A stretch of DNA of 63,101 nt, the filler included, from Reticulomyxa filosa (taxonomy: Eukaryota > Protista > Foraminifera), in the NCBI GenBank assembly GCA_000512085.1. It is 19 parts of 19 records of this genome, joined end to end, with 100 filler letters (N's around TTAATTAATTAA, not from the genome) between each part and the next. Parts side by side here need not be neighbours in the genome. Positions count along the whole stretch, not along the records: positions 12,684 to 19,379 come from ASPP01007673.1; positions 19,480 to 20,854 come from ASPP01026247.1; positions 20,955 to 22,924 come from ASPP01017667.1; positions 23,025 to 25,086 come from ASPP01047967.1; positions 25,187 to 28,463 come from ASPP01006177.1; 14 more parts are not named here. One strand, 5' to 3'. Numbering within the stretch: position 1 is the stretch's first letter; the number at the start of each line of letters is the position of its first letter. A program made the position numbers and the translations under genes. Of this stretch, positions 12,584 to 26,652 are shown one piece after another. The notes beneath the pieces are model-generated. The model was not told the origin of the DNA. It was given only the letters and a program-made list of their open reading frames with translations, and did no database searches.

Positions 12584-14801
12584 NNNNNNNNNNNNNNNNN
12601 NNNNNNNNNNNNNNNNNNNNNNNNNNNTTAATTAATTAANNNNNNNNNNNNNNNNNNNNNNNNNNNNNNNNNNNNNNNNNNNNTTTTTTGTTGGATGAAA
12701 TCACTATTCTTTCAAATGATACACTGCATTGCCATATTACCAAAAAATATATATACACATACGTATGCATATACATATACGCATATACGAAAGAATATTT
12801 GTTAGTGATAAATAAATAAATATATAAACCTTCAATGATTTGTGCGGAAGAACATTTACTGGTGGACAAGATAACGAGAACAACAGGGTTTCCAGGCCAG
12901 GATTGTTAGTTGTATAGCGTCACACCGAACTTAGTTTCGGCGCTTGTTTCAACTGATATCTATATTTTTTTATTACTTCTTTTCAATTGGGTAAAGGTAT
13001 TATCATAATTTAAGCTCGTTTTGGTTCAAAAGGCGCTAGATATACCTGCAAGATATGGAAAGTCAATTAAAAATTTATAAAGCAATGTTGTTGAATTTTT
13101 AAAAAACTACGAAAGACAAAATGATAATTATTCTTTAAAAAGTACTAAATCTTTTTTATTTCTTTTAGGAAGCTTCAAGTCACTTAAAAATTTCATCTTG
13201 GTAATACATATTTTATTATATGTATCACCGCAAAATTTCGAAAAATCATATGAAAAAGCAATGATTTTAACCAACTTGAAAAAAGTTATTATAAAACCAA
13301 TTTCATATTTAAAAATTACAAGATTTGTATATTTTTTTAAAATGAAAAAATTAGATTTAAATGTTTATTTTTCATTGAGAAAATAAACTCTCTTCATATG
13401 GATGATAGTTTTTTTAATCACTGTATAAAATTTTCGTACTTTTGAATCAACAAACTTTGAAAGTTACTTGACAACTTTGACTCTAACTCATACTGGCTAT
13501 GTTGCCTATATTTACAATATATGACATATTTATTTTAATTTAGTACAGAAGAATAAAAAAGAGAATTGATACATAAAACTTCACCTTATAAAGTAACAGA
13601 TCCTCTAAATGAAAAAGCAGCATTCAATCAAACTTTAAAAAAAATATCTATAATATGCAGTTTTTAATATTCTATCTTTCACAATTTTTTCAAAAATTTT
13701 AATCTTTCGAAATTTTACTTCAAAAAAAATCAATTAAGATAGAATAAAAAAAACGGTATTAAAAACTACATGTTAGATATTTTTTAAGATTTTGATTACA
13801 TGATGTCTTTTCATTGAAAATAAGTCGTCTTGTTCTATTCTATTGATTACTGTTCATGCAAAGGAAATAATTTATCATTCCGAGATATATATTCTTGTCG
13901 TTGCATCTATTGCAATTTTTACAACAATATTAAATTGGATTTTTGTTACTTACCCAGTACAAATATTGTTTATCAAGGTCTCCAAACAAGAAATGCTATT
14001 GATTGCTTTTTAATTGAAAAAATGTAATTCGATGATCTTCTCCTTTTTGATATTGTTATTTTTTTAGCTGACTGTTTCCAACAGAATCCTTCTAGGCTAA
14101 AACTATAAAAAAATAGTCCTTTTTTAACGTTTTAAATGCAAAACAATAAATCCAGCAATCTTAATTGTTTTGTGAACAAGTTTTCTACTATACACGACAC
14201 TTTTTTTGGAGAAAAACCATAATTTGCTATACCATAAATCCTATCATCGTTGACAAAAATTATCTATGTAGTACTAATCATTATCAGAAATCCAAGTGAA
14301 TCTCAGAACTACCTTTATTCTAGTTCACACTCACTTCACTCCTCAGTCTTTTGCTCTTCTTACTTTTGCTTGTTTGTTTTAATCATTATTTTCTCGTTAT
14401 TTAACAAATTTCGTTTTGTTGAAAGTTTGCTAATTAGATCTAGTCAACCTTTCGTATTACACTTTACGCAGTTCTTTTTAGCAACAGAAATTCCACATCT
14501 ATATCAATGCCACGTATGATTAGAAAATTATAGAATCAAAAAGTAGCTAGTTCGATTTTTTTGCTTGAAAGAATAATAAGCGATTCCAAAAATCTATTTC
14601 AAAACCAAGCAAATTAAAAGAAAAGACGACAACATACTTTTGTGGAAACATATTTTTTTTTTTCACAACAAAGACAACGATCACAAAATTTTGTTTGTTG
14701 TTGTCTTTTTTTTCTCCATTCAAAAAAAAATAAAATAGCTAAGAATGAAGATGATAAAATAGACACACAAATTGAAAGTCCAGAAGTAAATGTGAAAGAA
14801 G

Positions 14802-16139
14802 TTAATATCTGGTTAAATATTCGTCAACAACTTTTTGTGTTGGTTTGTAGACTCCATCTCGTGTCAAATATCCAAAATCTTCAGCTTCTTTCAGAATGAT
14901 GGATAAGCTCGCGTTTCTTTCACGACAATATCTAATAAGAGGAGATATATAAATGATATATATGTGTATATATATACATATGTGTTATATATTACTAAAC
15001 GAATTGTAGATGATTCCAGGAATAAGACAAACGGAAATTTGGATGAACGCAACGAGCCATGATATTGGTGATTTGAATGTGAATTCTTGTGCATTGATTG
15101 GTGTATGTGTATAAAATGGGTGTAATGGATGTAAAAAATATATACATATACATATATATTATATAAAATATAAATATTAACCCATGACTTGATATAAATC
15201 AGGATCAAATGTAACATCATTGGATAAAAGGGCCAAAGTACAAAAATACAAAACAATTCCAGCAAGAGTGGAACCATAATAAAAAATATTCCAATGTTTT
15301 GTTTCGGCCATCATTTTAAGACAAACAATAATAATAATAACAGTTAACATTTGAGTACCCCAAACCCATAATCCACCAGTCTTTCCATTAGAAATCCAAA
15401 CATCAGAATTTTCATGATTAACAAAGTGCATAGTAAAATAAACAACACAAGATTGCCAAAAAGCAGTAAACATCCAAAAAAGAAAAGTATTAAAACGAAA
15501 AACAGTATCTAATCTAAAAAGATGATAAGCTAAAGGATGATGAATAGCAGTATTAGGAAGAATATCTTGTTCAAAGGCACCAACAAAATAAGGAAAAGCT
15601 CCTGCGAATAAAACATTAAAAACAGACATTAGATTAGGATCGAACATAGGTTGAGCAGTAAATAAAGAATAAAATCCGAAATAAGCAACAGGCATCATAA
15701 AAGCCATATTTTTATATAAGGATAATAAGCAAACAGTAGAAGTTCTTAAAAAAGAATATCTTCCATGAACAAATAATAATGTAATTAAATGATGAAATCT
15801 ATGAATAACAAAATCTGCAGCTAAAGCAGCTTGTGTGCCTTCTTTACCCATAATACCAACACCAACATTAGAAGCTTGAATCATAGAAACATCATTTGCA
15901 CCATCTCCAATAGCTAAAGCAACACCAGATAATCTTATTTTTGCCATTTCTACTAATAATGCTTTTTGTGCAGGATTAGCACGATTACAAATGATAGTAC
16001 CACAAAATTCAAATAAGATAATAAAATCTTCTAATAAAGCTTCATGAAGACACATTTCTAAAGCATCACCATTAATAATTAAAGCATTTTCAGGAGATTG
16101 AATAGGAGTAAAAGAAGAAGTAGATAATGGTAATGTATC

Positions 16140-16183
<44 letters not shown>

Positions 16184-18790
16184 CTATTATGTTCATTTTC
16201 TTCTTTTTGTCTTTTTATACATTTTTGTATTAATTGATCCAATTTTTTAGATAATTGTAACATTGGCTTTTCTAATAATTTTGGATTAGATAATGCATCA
16301 TTTGGTATCTTTGATGTTAATATCATTAATTGTGGTGTTGTTATATGTTTTGCTATAATACCAGATTGTCTACCTATTGATATTGCTGTTTCTTGTTTAT
16401 CACCAGTTAACATAATTACTTTAATTTTTGCTTCTTTTAATTTAATTATTGTTTGTGGTACTAATTCTTGCATTTGATCTTCTACTGCTGTACAACCAAG
16501 TATTTGTAAATCTTTTTCTAATTTTGAAAATGCATATTCAATTTTTTCATCTCTTTGTGTTAATGCCATTTCTGCATTATGATAATCTTGTTCAAATTCT
16601 TTATGTTGTTCTTTTGTTATTATTTTCCATGCCATAACTAATGTTCTACTTCCATTTTTTGCAAATGATGTAACATGTCTTTTTGTTTTATTTATTATTT
16701 CTTTATTATTATCATTTGATATACACATTGCAAATATTACATTATCTGCGCCTTTACTATATAAATGTATTTGTTCATTTTCATCTTCTATTAATACTGT
16801 CATTCTTTTTCTTTTTGCCGTAAATTCTAATAATCCTATTATTTTAAATTTTTTTCGTTTGTTATTAATATTATTTCTAATTCGTAATATTTGATCTGCA
16901 GAACGATCTTCTAATATTATTCCATGATCTGATAATGCTTCAGCAAATGCTACTTCATCAGGACTAGAACTAATATAATCAAATGTTAATTTTGTTATTT
17001 CAGTGGATGTTGTATTAGGTTTTAAAGGTTGTATTACTGTTGCACCATTTAATTTTTCATCATCATCATCATCATCATCATCGTCATCATTATTTTCATT
17101 ATCATTATCATGATGATGATTATTATTTTTTTTTGTAACTGGTGATAATGTACTACATAATAATAAACACCATAAAAAATGAATTTCAATATTATTATTA
17201 TTATTATTATTATTATTATCATTTGTAACTTCATGAATCCAATCAGATAATGAAATATATTCTCCACTTGAATGTATATTAATACTAATATTAGATTGAT
17301 TATTATTATTATTATGATTATTATTATCATTTTGACGAATATCATTCTTAATCTTTTTACCCAATATAGAACATTTACATAATTCCATTTGATTTTGTGT
17401 TAATGTTCCTGTTTTATCTGTAAAAATATAATGAACATGTCCTAATTCTTCATTGACATTAGAATTTTTAACTTTGGCATAACGTATATCATGACCAGAA
17501 GAATAAATAAGTGATGTATCCCAATTAATCCATTGCGATTGAGTAACTTTAATTAATTCAATAGTAACATATAATGAAAGTGGTATCATCCAAGAAGTAA
17601 CAACAAGCCATGTAGCCATATCCATAACCCAAGATTTACTTTGATGATTTCTTTGTAATTCATTAAATGGTTGACTAGATATATTTGCACCAATACCTAA
17701 TACTATACATAAACATACATTAAATATTAATATAGTTAAAATGCATTGATTTAATATTTTTTCAAATTTACTAAATTTAAAAGGTACTTGATTACGATTT
17801 AACATTAATTTAGTTTCTCTTCCAACATATATTACTATTGCATAAATATATTCTGTATTTACTAATTTACTACCACGAAATAACATATGTTCATCACCTA
17901 AAGGATGTAATTCATTATCTATTTTAATTGTTCCTGTAAAACCATGTAATGATTTTGTATTTATTTGTGTTTCTATCTTTCCTTTCATTTCACACAGTTC
18001 TTCTTTTTTTAATCCTGCTGTTACTCCTACTGCTCTTCTCATTTTTGGTGCATTCTCTCCATCTAATGATGCTGTACTAATATAACATGAACCATCTATA
18101 TTTTGTGATGCTAATACTATTACATCTGCTGGTATCTCTTCTTGTCTTTGAATTAATAATATATCACCTACTTTCACATCTGCAGATCTCTCTTTTACAC
18201 ATTCCTTTGTTTTATTATTTAATCTCATCACTGGCAATGAATTTGCTCTTTTATCATCTTGATGACGTTGATAATCTTCATATCCATCTTTTGCTGCACT
18301 TACTGATAATATAAATAATAATGGCATTACACTTGTCCAAACACTAAAAGGAGTAATTCCTGGAACTGTTTGAATAGCAATTATCATTAAAAAATATATA
18401 TTTGCTATTCGACGGAACTATATTATATTATATACATATACATACATATACATATACATATATATTATATATATACACATATGCATATATACACATATAT
18501 GCATATATCACCTGCTCAAACAAATTCAACGGAATAAATGTCAATATTGTATATTTACTTGATGTTATCACATTATCTGGATATTCTTGACTTTGATCAT
18601 TCAGAAATGAGTCATCATTTATTAATAAATAATAATAATCATTTATTGTTTCATTATTTTCCTTTTTTTCCGTGTCCTGACTTTCGTTTATTGTCGAGGT
18701 TCTCGTTTTTTCTTTTGCATCAATGGAATCTGAAGAAGTTTTCGTATCACTGCTTCTCTTAAACGTCAAATACCCCTCTTTTGAACTCAT
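14802..18790 (-). CDS. P4-type ATPase (phospholipid flippase), 4 exons, with one apparent frameshift at about 16185
   Basis: Motifs TSSKYTILTFIPLNLFEQ, SLDGE, IPLSLYVTIE, DKTGTLT, SSPDEVAF, KGAD, MLTGDKQETA and LAIGDGANDVSMIQ. The last exons splice to ...EYLTRY* ending at 14802. Confidence 0.93.
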
Positions 18791-19479
18791 CTTCTTATTT
18801 CAAAGCTAGTCTGAGTTCAACTTTCAATTCAAAAAAAAGATTGTCGTTCTTTTTTTTGACCAAAAAAAAAACTAGTAACGTAAAACTGTCCCCATAAACC
18901 TTTTGTCGTGTTCGTGAGATTTTTGATAGTGATGCTGATAATACTTTATAAAAATAAAAAGTGATTATTTTCCATTGCGTGATTAAAGAAAAGGTATCAA
19001 CACATAGAGATGCAATTCTTGAAATGCCTTCTTGAGTGAAGTAGAGGGATCTTGTTCCTACTGGTCACGTGAAAATGACTCGAAGCGTTTTTTTTTTTTT
19101 TGCTTGAGTCTTTTTGCTCTTTCAAAAATCGGCCAATTTCTTTATTGTACTCGCATACACTTTGTTCACGCGCTCACAAGGCTGCGCACCAAGGCAAAGA
19201 ACCAGTACAACAAACAAGCAGCCTACGAAAAAGAACGGCATCTTTGTTTTTTACAATGCCAATACGAAGCACGCCTAATTAAGTAGCTTGGCCCTCGTTA
19301 GACAGCCTTGGGGCTTGTGTTGCCGGAGTTTCTTGTCAACTTATTACGATGAAAGAGGCCTGATTGAAAAAATCAGACANNNNNNNNNNNNNNNNNNNNN
19401 NNNNNNNNNNNNNNNNNNNNNNNTTAATTAATTAANNNNNNNNNNNNNNNNNNNNNNNNNNNNNNNNNNNNNNNNNNNN

Positions 19480-20328
19480 ATGATGATGATGATGACGATG
19501 ATGATGATGATGATTATGACGATAATGAAAATGGTAATGATAATGACGATGGCAATGATAATGATATTACCGATGAAATGCAAGACGCAATGGATAAAAA
19601 TCCAGATTCACAAAACATTGATATAGAGGAATTCGAGAATCAAGTGGGCGACACACAAGATACATTGAACGAAGCAGAAGAAGTCTCTTCGGAAAGAAAA
19701 GACGCAACCTTGGTATTGACCCTTCAAAACGAAAACCAAAAGACGTCCAAAAAAGGCTTTGACACATGGATTGAAGAAATTACCATTACTGTGAAAGATA
19801 ACTCTGGGGTATTTTTTTCTCCATATTTTTGTTAAATAGTATTTTATGTATGCACGCATGCAAAAACAATACAATGAAACAGTTGAACGAGATCAAATGG
19901 TATGAAGTAAAGTGGTGGCGTAAGAACAAACCGGAAAAGATTACGTCGCAACTGTTTAAAAAAGGGGATGGAAAGGCGATAGTGGTATCCATCTTGCCAA
20001 ATCTATCCTATCAAATGTTGGCAGAAGGATTGGACAGCGACAAAAACACGATCGCGTTGTCTCGCACATATGAAGTGGAAGGAAAGCTCCCTGACGCAGC
20101 CACGGTCACCTGTTCGTCAGGTCGATTGAAAATTCAAGGGTATGGACAGACCAAAGTCACCGTGAAAGATGAAGATCTCATTCAACAAGGAGTCAAAAAA
20201 CCTTTCGATTGGACTGTCGATCCAACAAATCAAATGTCCATTTCTGGGCCTTGGTCAACGGATTGGAGCTCTGTCGAAGTTTAATGTTTTTTTTTTGTTT
20301 TTGGTTATAATCATACATATAGCCCAAC

Positions 20329-20364
<36 letters not shown>

Positions 20365-20854
20365 TAAAGAATCAACATATTGCGGAAAACATCCGTTACG
20401 TGCTGTCATCCATATACAAAGTACCCCGCGTAGAAGTATCCCATCTGTGTATTGCGAATTCCGACGATGAGGATCCACAATCGTATATGAGTGGCTCACA
20501 GCTGCTTGTTGGTGGGTCTCTTATCGTGATTGTGATCGCCGTGCTGGTGTTGCTACAACAGTCGAAGATCGAGGAAGGCGGTGGCTCCAACGTGCTGTTG
20601 TCGCTGAAAAACACGATGAACAAGTTTGGAGGTGCTTGGGTCACCAACACGCGCTTGTCTGGCAAGGCCAGCAACACCGAGACGAATATGAACAGCGGTA
20701 AGTCCATGGGGAAGCGTGGACGTGCTCATGAAAGTGACGACGATGACGATAATGGCGCTGAATTGGAGTACAAAGACACGAGTCCAAACAACAGAGCCAG
20801 TACAATCCTCGATATTGAACACAATAGCTTTGATCAAGTCCGAGGAGGAGGAGG
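19480..20854 (+). CDS. Hypothetical single-pass membrane protein with a possible FN3-like domain, partial at both ends, 3 exons
   Basis: Three ORFs separated by intron-like AT stretches. WYEVKW...ILPNLSYQMLAEG resembles FN3, and LLVGGSLIVIVIAVLVLL is a hydrophobic segment. Confidence 0.45.
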
Positions 20855-21003
20855 NNNNNNNNNNNNNNNNNNNNNNNNNNNNNNNNNNNNNNNNNNNNTT
20901 AATTAATTAANNNNNNNNNNNNNNNNNNNNNNNNNNNNNNNNNNNNNNNNNNNNATATATATATATATATATATATATTGATTTATTTATTCAATATCCA
21001 ATA

Positions 21004-22890
21004 GTGGAAGTGCTACGTTGCTGTACGGAACTGCTGTCGACTGTAATGAATGGAAAAGCTCCAAACTTGCTGCCGAAACCCAATCCGAATTCTCTGCAAA
21101 TAAAAGAAATAGTATTGAAGCTACTGGAATGTGCAGTGAAGTCCAAGCATCCGTACTTGTACTTGCGCGCGGCGAAGCAGCTCGTATCGTACTTGTCCGA
21201 TCTTCGACCTGCTGAATGGACTCAACAGAAAGGCGTCCAAAGTCCTTTGCGGTCCATCTTGCAATACTTGACTCCGTTTTTAATTCCGCGATCGACGCAT
21301 CACTTGGCATTTGAATTTTTGCGGGACAGAGTGTCCCGAACACCAGCTGTTCCAACAGGTATCCATCCAAATGAATCGAATTAAAGACACGGTGCTGTGT
21401 TGCATTTTAAGCTTGCCCGTCAATCCGCTGGAAGATATCATCTACGGCAAGTATGTGTTCGATGCGATTTTGGAGTTGCTGGAAAAGTGCGATTTGAACG
21501 CGCAAGCGCTAAGCGACGCGTTCCGCAGATTGAAGGAGCTGGTGGCCTTCCCATCCAATTGGGTGAAACTGCAACCAACAGAGAAGATTGCCCAGTTGGT
21601 GCGTGCCTTGCATCGTGTTGTGGAAGAAACTGGGGACATTACTGCCAATGGCAATGCCGCCCTGGCCATGGATATCCTGGGGTCGCTGGGGACCGCCAAT
21701 CGCAGTTTCCTTCACATCCCTAATCCCGTGGATGCAGAGCAGGCTCCTCACAAAGGAGTTGTGGTCGATATCAAATTGGAGGGAATGGATTACACTCTTT
21801 CCTTGGGTTTCAACAACATTATTGATGAAGCATTGAGTGAGTTATATGTACATATATATATATATATATTAATTTTTTTTTTTTTTTTTTTAAAAAAAAG
21901 GTACATACGTACATGCACGCACATGCAAATATCTTCTAATCAGAAACATTGGCAAGTTTCAAAGAGTCGGGAAACAAAAAAATTCTGCGCGTACCAAACT
22001 GTGAAAAGCCTAGTGATGAAACTCGTTTGGACGTCCGAAGACAAAGAGTGGAATGAAAAAGACGAAACAGGCTTGCAAGTGCCCTATCCGGAGTGGAAAG
22101 AGACGAACTTGAACTGCTTCGACCCGGACCAGTTTGACGACAAAACAGCGGAGTGTCTGTTCAAAAGCCACGCCCATCAAGTGTCAAAGCACAACTTGTT
22201 CAAAAAACCTTTGAAATCCGCATTGGTTTGTCTTTTCGTTTCTGCTGCCGATCAAATCTTGGCGCCCGTCGTTATACCTTTTTTGTACCAATTGACGCAA
22301 CACTTTGCACTTCTCATGGCTACACAGCCGCTTGTCTTGTTAAGTATTTTGCAAAACAATAATAATGTATATACATATACATGTATATACTAAAATAAAA
22401 TTCAGCTCACAAGAGTTTCGTGAAATCAAACCCATGACCAATACCAAGGCCGTGAAAGGCCAAATTGAATCGAATGTATTTTTGGAAGTACTGTTTTTAA
22501 TACTCGGCTCGATGCATCACGCGTGGCGGGTAGTCGGAAGTGTGATGTTGATGAAGCTGCTAGATGTGTTCACCACCGTTTGCGGCAGTGTGGCCGGCAG
22601 TCAAGAGGGCAGCGACCACTTGAAAATAGAGGCGTGTCGTCAATGTTGGTTGTTTGAAGAGCTGCTGTCTCATACAAATCGCTTGATGACGCAACCAGAG
22701 CAATACTCGTTGGACGGAGGGTATCTGTGCATTACCATCATTGTCCACTTTCTGTCGTCCAATTCTGTTGCCCAATGGAGGTCCAGTGCGCCTTTTCATT
22801 CCGAATGGAAACATTGCTTGTTCACTATTGTGCATTTGTTGTCGAGATGTTGTGCAAAGCAGCCTAATGGTCCTCCTCGCTGTTGTATTG
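21004..22890 (+). CDS. TRRAP: TRRAP/Tra1 (PIKK-family scaffold), internal HEAT-region fragment
   Basis: Colinear matches to recalled TRRAP segments: KSKHPYLY~AKEPYNY, IKDTVLCCILSLPV~MKDLFVELCLTVPV, AQLVRALHR~AELMQALWR, AMDILGSLGTANRSFL~AYRVLGKFGGSNRKML, PFLYQLTQHF~PFVASLIRHY, YSLDGG~YAKLGG. Frameshift at about 21310-21370. Confidence 0.75.
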
Positions 22891-23024
22891 TTATTGTTTG
22901 TTTTTCTTTCTTTATTGTTACATTNNNNNNNNNNNNNNNNNNNNNNNNNNNNNNNNNNNNNNNNNNNNTTAATTAATTAANNNNNNNNNNNNNNNNNNNN
23001 NNNNNNNNNNNNNNNNNNNNNNNN

Positions 23025-23560
23025 AAAACATAAATATTGAATTTTGTTTTTTGTTTATTTGTCCTCCTATCCCTTCTATCTCAATGGCAATTGACAAGCA
23101 ATAACAAACCTTCAGGTGAAGTATATACTGCCCATCGTTACAGTTAGGATTTTTTCCATCTAGTTCAAATGCCGTATACTTCCCCACTTTCGTATCTTTT
23201 CTAATGTATCGTATATTATCTATTTTTCCAAATTTCAAAGTTTAGCATTGTACCTCGTTTGGAAAAAAAAAAAAAAAATCGTCAGATTAACTCTTGTTTT
23301 TCCCACTTGCTGTCCAATACTGTATTTTTTTTTTCTTCACTTTTCGTTGTTGCTGTCATTTGTTCTGGTTTCCACTTCCAAAATCGATTGAATCGCAACA
23401 ATTGATCTTCGTTGACGAACGTACCTATTCCTTTGTGATGACACTACATGTTACATTCGAACAAAATCACTTATCAATTGATATACGTCTTTTGACTTCA
23501 AACAAAAACAAAAAAAAAACCTTGAAAGTAGCGGTATTTGTTGTACATACCATCATGAGC
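23025..23560 (-). pseudogene. CAP-Gly pseudogene (tandem copy B, partial)
   Basis: Reads TLKFGKIDNIRYIRKDTKVGKYTAFELDGKNPNCNDG. Bases 23212-23300 closely repeat 24840-24925. Confidence 0.55.
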
Positions 23561-23679
23561 ACCAGGAGTTTATACGTCTATAAAAAAAAGTACAACATAG
23601 CCTTACGTATTTAAAAAAAATTGTTTTTAAAAAAAACAAACCTAATTTAATGCCCATAACTTCACCCTTGGCAAAAGGA

Positions 23680-24990
23680 GATAACCAATTTATTTAATGA
23701 CACTTGTCGCCCATCCATTGACTAAAACGAGATGCGATCGTCGGGTTTGAATGATTTCAATTGGAAGGTCGTATTGGAGTTTTTCGGATTCAATGGCCTC
23801 ACCAAAAAAATCACTACTTGAGAACTGAAGCTCCTTCGCGTGAAATGACCACAACATATGTTTGCTTCAAAAAATATTTCTTTCTTCGCACTGTTCTATG
23901 TGCCAACTCCAAATAGATGATCGCTCCTTTCATCAAATCGATTTCTCCAATGTACTTTGCCACCCCTGCTTTTCCTCGAGATAACTTCACGTAGTATTCA
24001 AGCTTGGATTGGATTTTGTTTTGATGTTGGAAAACAAATTGACGGCAGCAATGGCAACAACCTCCAATGACGAAGACAAGGCAACGCCACCTCCGCAAAA
24101 GCCGCTACCGAAGATCCAACGCACATTTCTGTCGGCTGCATTAGGATGCAACTATCCAACGCAACTTCAATAATTTTTTCATTGGAAAACTCCACACCGC
24201 CAAGGTAGCGCATGACAAATGTTTTGTTTCACAATTTTCGAACTCGATCGCTGATAGTCATATCACCAAATGCACTATCCTTTTTGCGAGTCCATATGTC
24301 CAGCTTTGTTGTCTTCGTCTTAATTTTCGTCATCATCTTCATTCGCTCGCTTCTTCCGCTTTTTCACTATCGCTTTTTTGATTCATCCCAAAGACATTTC
24401 GTTTATCTCTTTGCTCACAGAGTCCTACTTCACGTTTCACTGTTCTGTTTGCTACGTAACGTCGAAGAGGAGCAAAGTATCTACGATTTTCCGCACCACG
24501 AGTGACCAATTCATACGTTTCGACTACTGTCCCTCGTCATAAACTTGGAGCCATCTTTCTAATGCTTTGGGTTGGTCAAAGAAATCCAATCACGTCCTTG
24601 AGATGTGACTCAAAGTTGGAGTTTGTTTTTTCATTAGCATTTGCTTTTGCCTTCGTGTCTTTTTGAGAGAGTGAGGAAATTGAAAGTAACGATGCAATAT
24701 CCGAAAACATCCATTGTTCGTCCACCTGACGATATCGAGCTCGAGATTGGAGATATTCTCTTTGCGATTATCATTTTCAATGTTCAATCCAAACACAGGT
24801 CGGCATGGTCACAGTTTGAGCACATCTTTTCCAATGCATGATATTGTCTATTTTTCCAAATTTCAAAGTTCAACATTGTACATCGTTTAACAAAAAAAAA
24901 TATAGTCAGATTAACTTTTTTTTTTCTTCTATTTTGTCGTCATCGTCTGTTGCTCGTCGCATACTCCGACGATATCATTTTTCCGTCATG
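23680..24990 (-). pseudogene. Multi-CAP-Gly domain pseudogene (copy A)
   Basis: Repeated CAP-Gly-like segments (VKLSRGKAGVAKYIGEIDLMKGAIIYLEL; VMRYLGGVEFSNEKIIEVALD) broken by stops and frameshifts. Confidence 0.6.
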
Positions 24991-25244
24991 AGCCCATTGG
25001 GCCAACTATTCTTTGAACGCGCAAATGCGCATATTTCAATGTTTTTTGGGATAATCTCCCTTTTTTTTTTTTTTTTTTTTTTTTTTNNNNNNNNNNNNNN
25101 NNNNNNNNNNNNNNNNNNNNNNNNNNNNNNTTAATTAATTAANNNNNNNNNNNNNNNNNNNNNNNNNNNNNNNNNNNNNNNNNNNNCCCCCCCCTTTGCC
25201 CCTTTTTTTTTTTTGCTGCTTTTTTTAAACATAGTGCAAAACAA

Positions 25245-25506
25245 ACGTGTGCGTATTTATGCATATGCTTTTGTTTACGAAACGGTTTTCATAGTGAGCT
25301 ACTAGAAGCCATTGATTGATTGTCACACACAAGCTATATAGCAAATTGAATGAACGGTTCTTTGTCTGTGGTTGTTCGAGGACGCTCGACGTACATACTT
25401 GCTGAATATATGTCAGAAACACCAGCGAAAGCAATGATGCACCACAAAGATAAATCCCAGATGGCACATCTGGATTTATCATACCAGAATGTGTGTTACT
25501 TGACAT
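25245..25506 (-). CDS. Possible first exon of a hypothetical membrane protein
   Basis: ATG-initiated ORF with a hydrophobic segment, ending at a GTAAAC donor-like site near the contig end. Confidence 0.3.
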
Positions 25507-26652
25507 TGTTCTGTAAGATCTTTTCTACAACAGAACAGTCCTCTTGTTTGTTGAACTGTTGTTCTCGTAGCACTTTGTTTCAAATCTTACTATCAAATGT
25601 CATTTTGTTTTGGTTGATTTTTGTTTAATTCAAAAAGCACATGTTTCAATGACCAATACTTCAAAGGAAAACAAGACAAAAAATCGTTTCGCTAGTTTGA
25701 GTATCAATACTACAATAACACTGAAAAATACAATTTACAAATATAGCTAAAACTGATTTCTAACAAGAATTTTGTATCACAACAAATAAGTTTTTAAGTT
25801 TGGATATGATCAATACGTTCTTTTTTAAAAAAACATTTTATAAAAAGTGTAATGCATGTGCTAATTATTGAGGTACCCATACATATATTTATGTTAAAAT
25901 TTAAAAATTATTCATAAAAAGCAATCGCACATATCATGATATTTCATTTAATATACTTATTTTTTTAATTTTTATAATTTACTGTGTAAATAAATAAAGT
26001 AAATTTAAATATATTTACGTTGTACATTCAAGACACTTTTTTTTTTGAAAATTTTGACAAACATTTATCTTTACAAGTTGATTTGTTCGCAAAAAAATGA
26101 TCTTAATTTTGACATATTTTTGAATATCAGAATAATAACAACACAAGCTTTCTTGTGACGTTTGATAAAAATGTACATAACAATTTCACAAGCATCAAGA
26201 CTTGTGAATAATAAATGTAAACAATCAAACTTTCGACAGAGATTTAGGCTGTTCTCAATTTGCCAAATTATTGTGTAGTTATGCGTTACAAAAATTGTGC
26301 AATATGAAGGAAAGAAAGCCTACTTATAACAACTGGACCATTTTTTATTATCGATCACTTTATGCAGATTTTTAATCTGAGAATGCAGAGTGATTAAGAT
26401 TGAAAAAGAAAGATACACGAGTTGAAATGAAAGTTTATTTGCACAACACGTGGTGTTCCTCTGTTTTATAAACGAAATGAATTTTAAATAAAACAGCTCA
26501 AAACTTGAATAATTTTTGCCGTAAAGAAATTAAGGAATTTTCTAACCCATTGATTTCAATATAGTTTGTTATTCCTAGCGAAGAGAAGTTTATGTGTGCT
26601 GCATCTGGTCAAAAAAATATTCGCTCTATATTTGTCATAAAGTCCAAACAAT

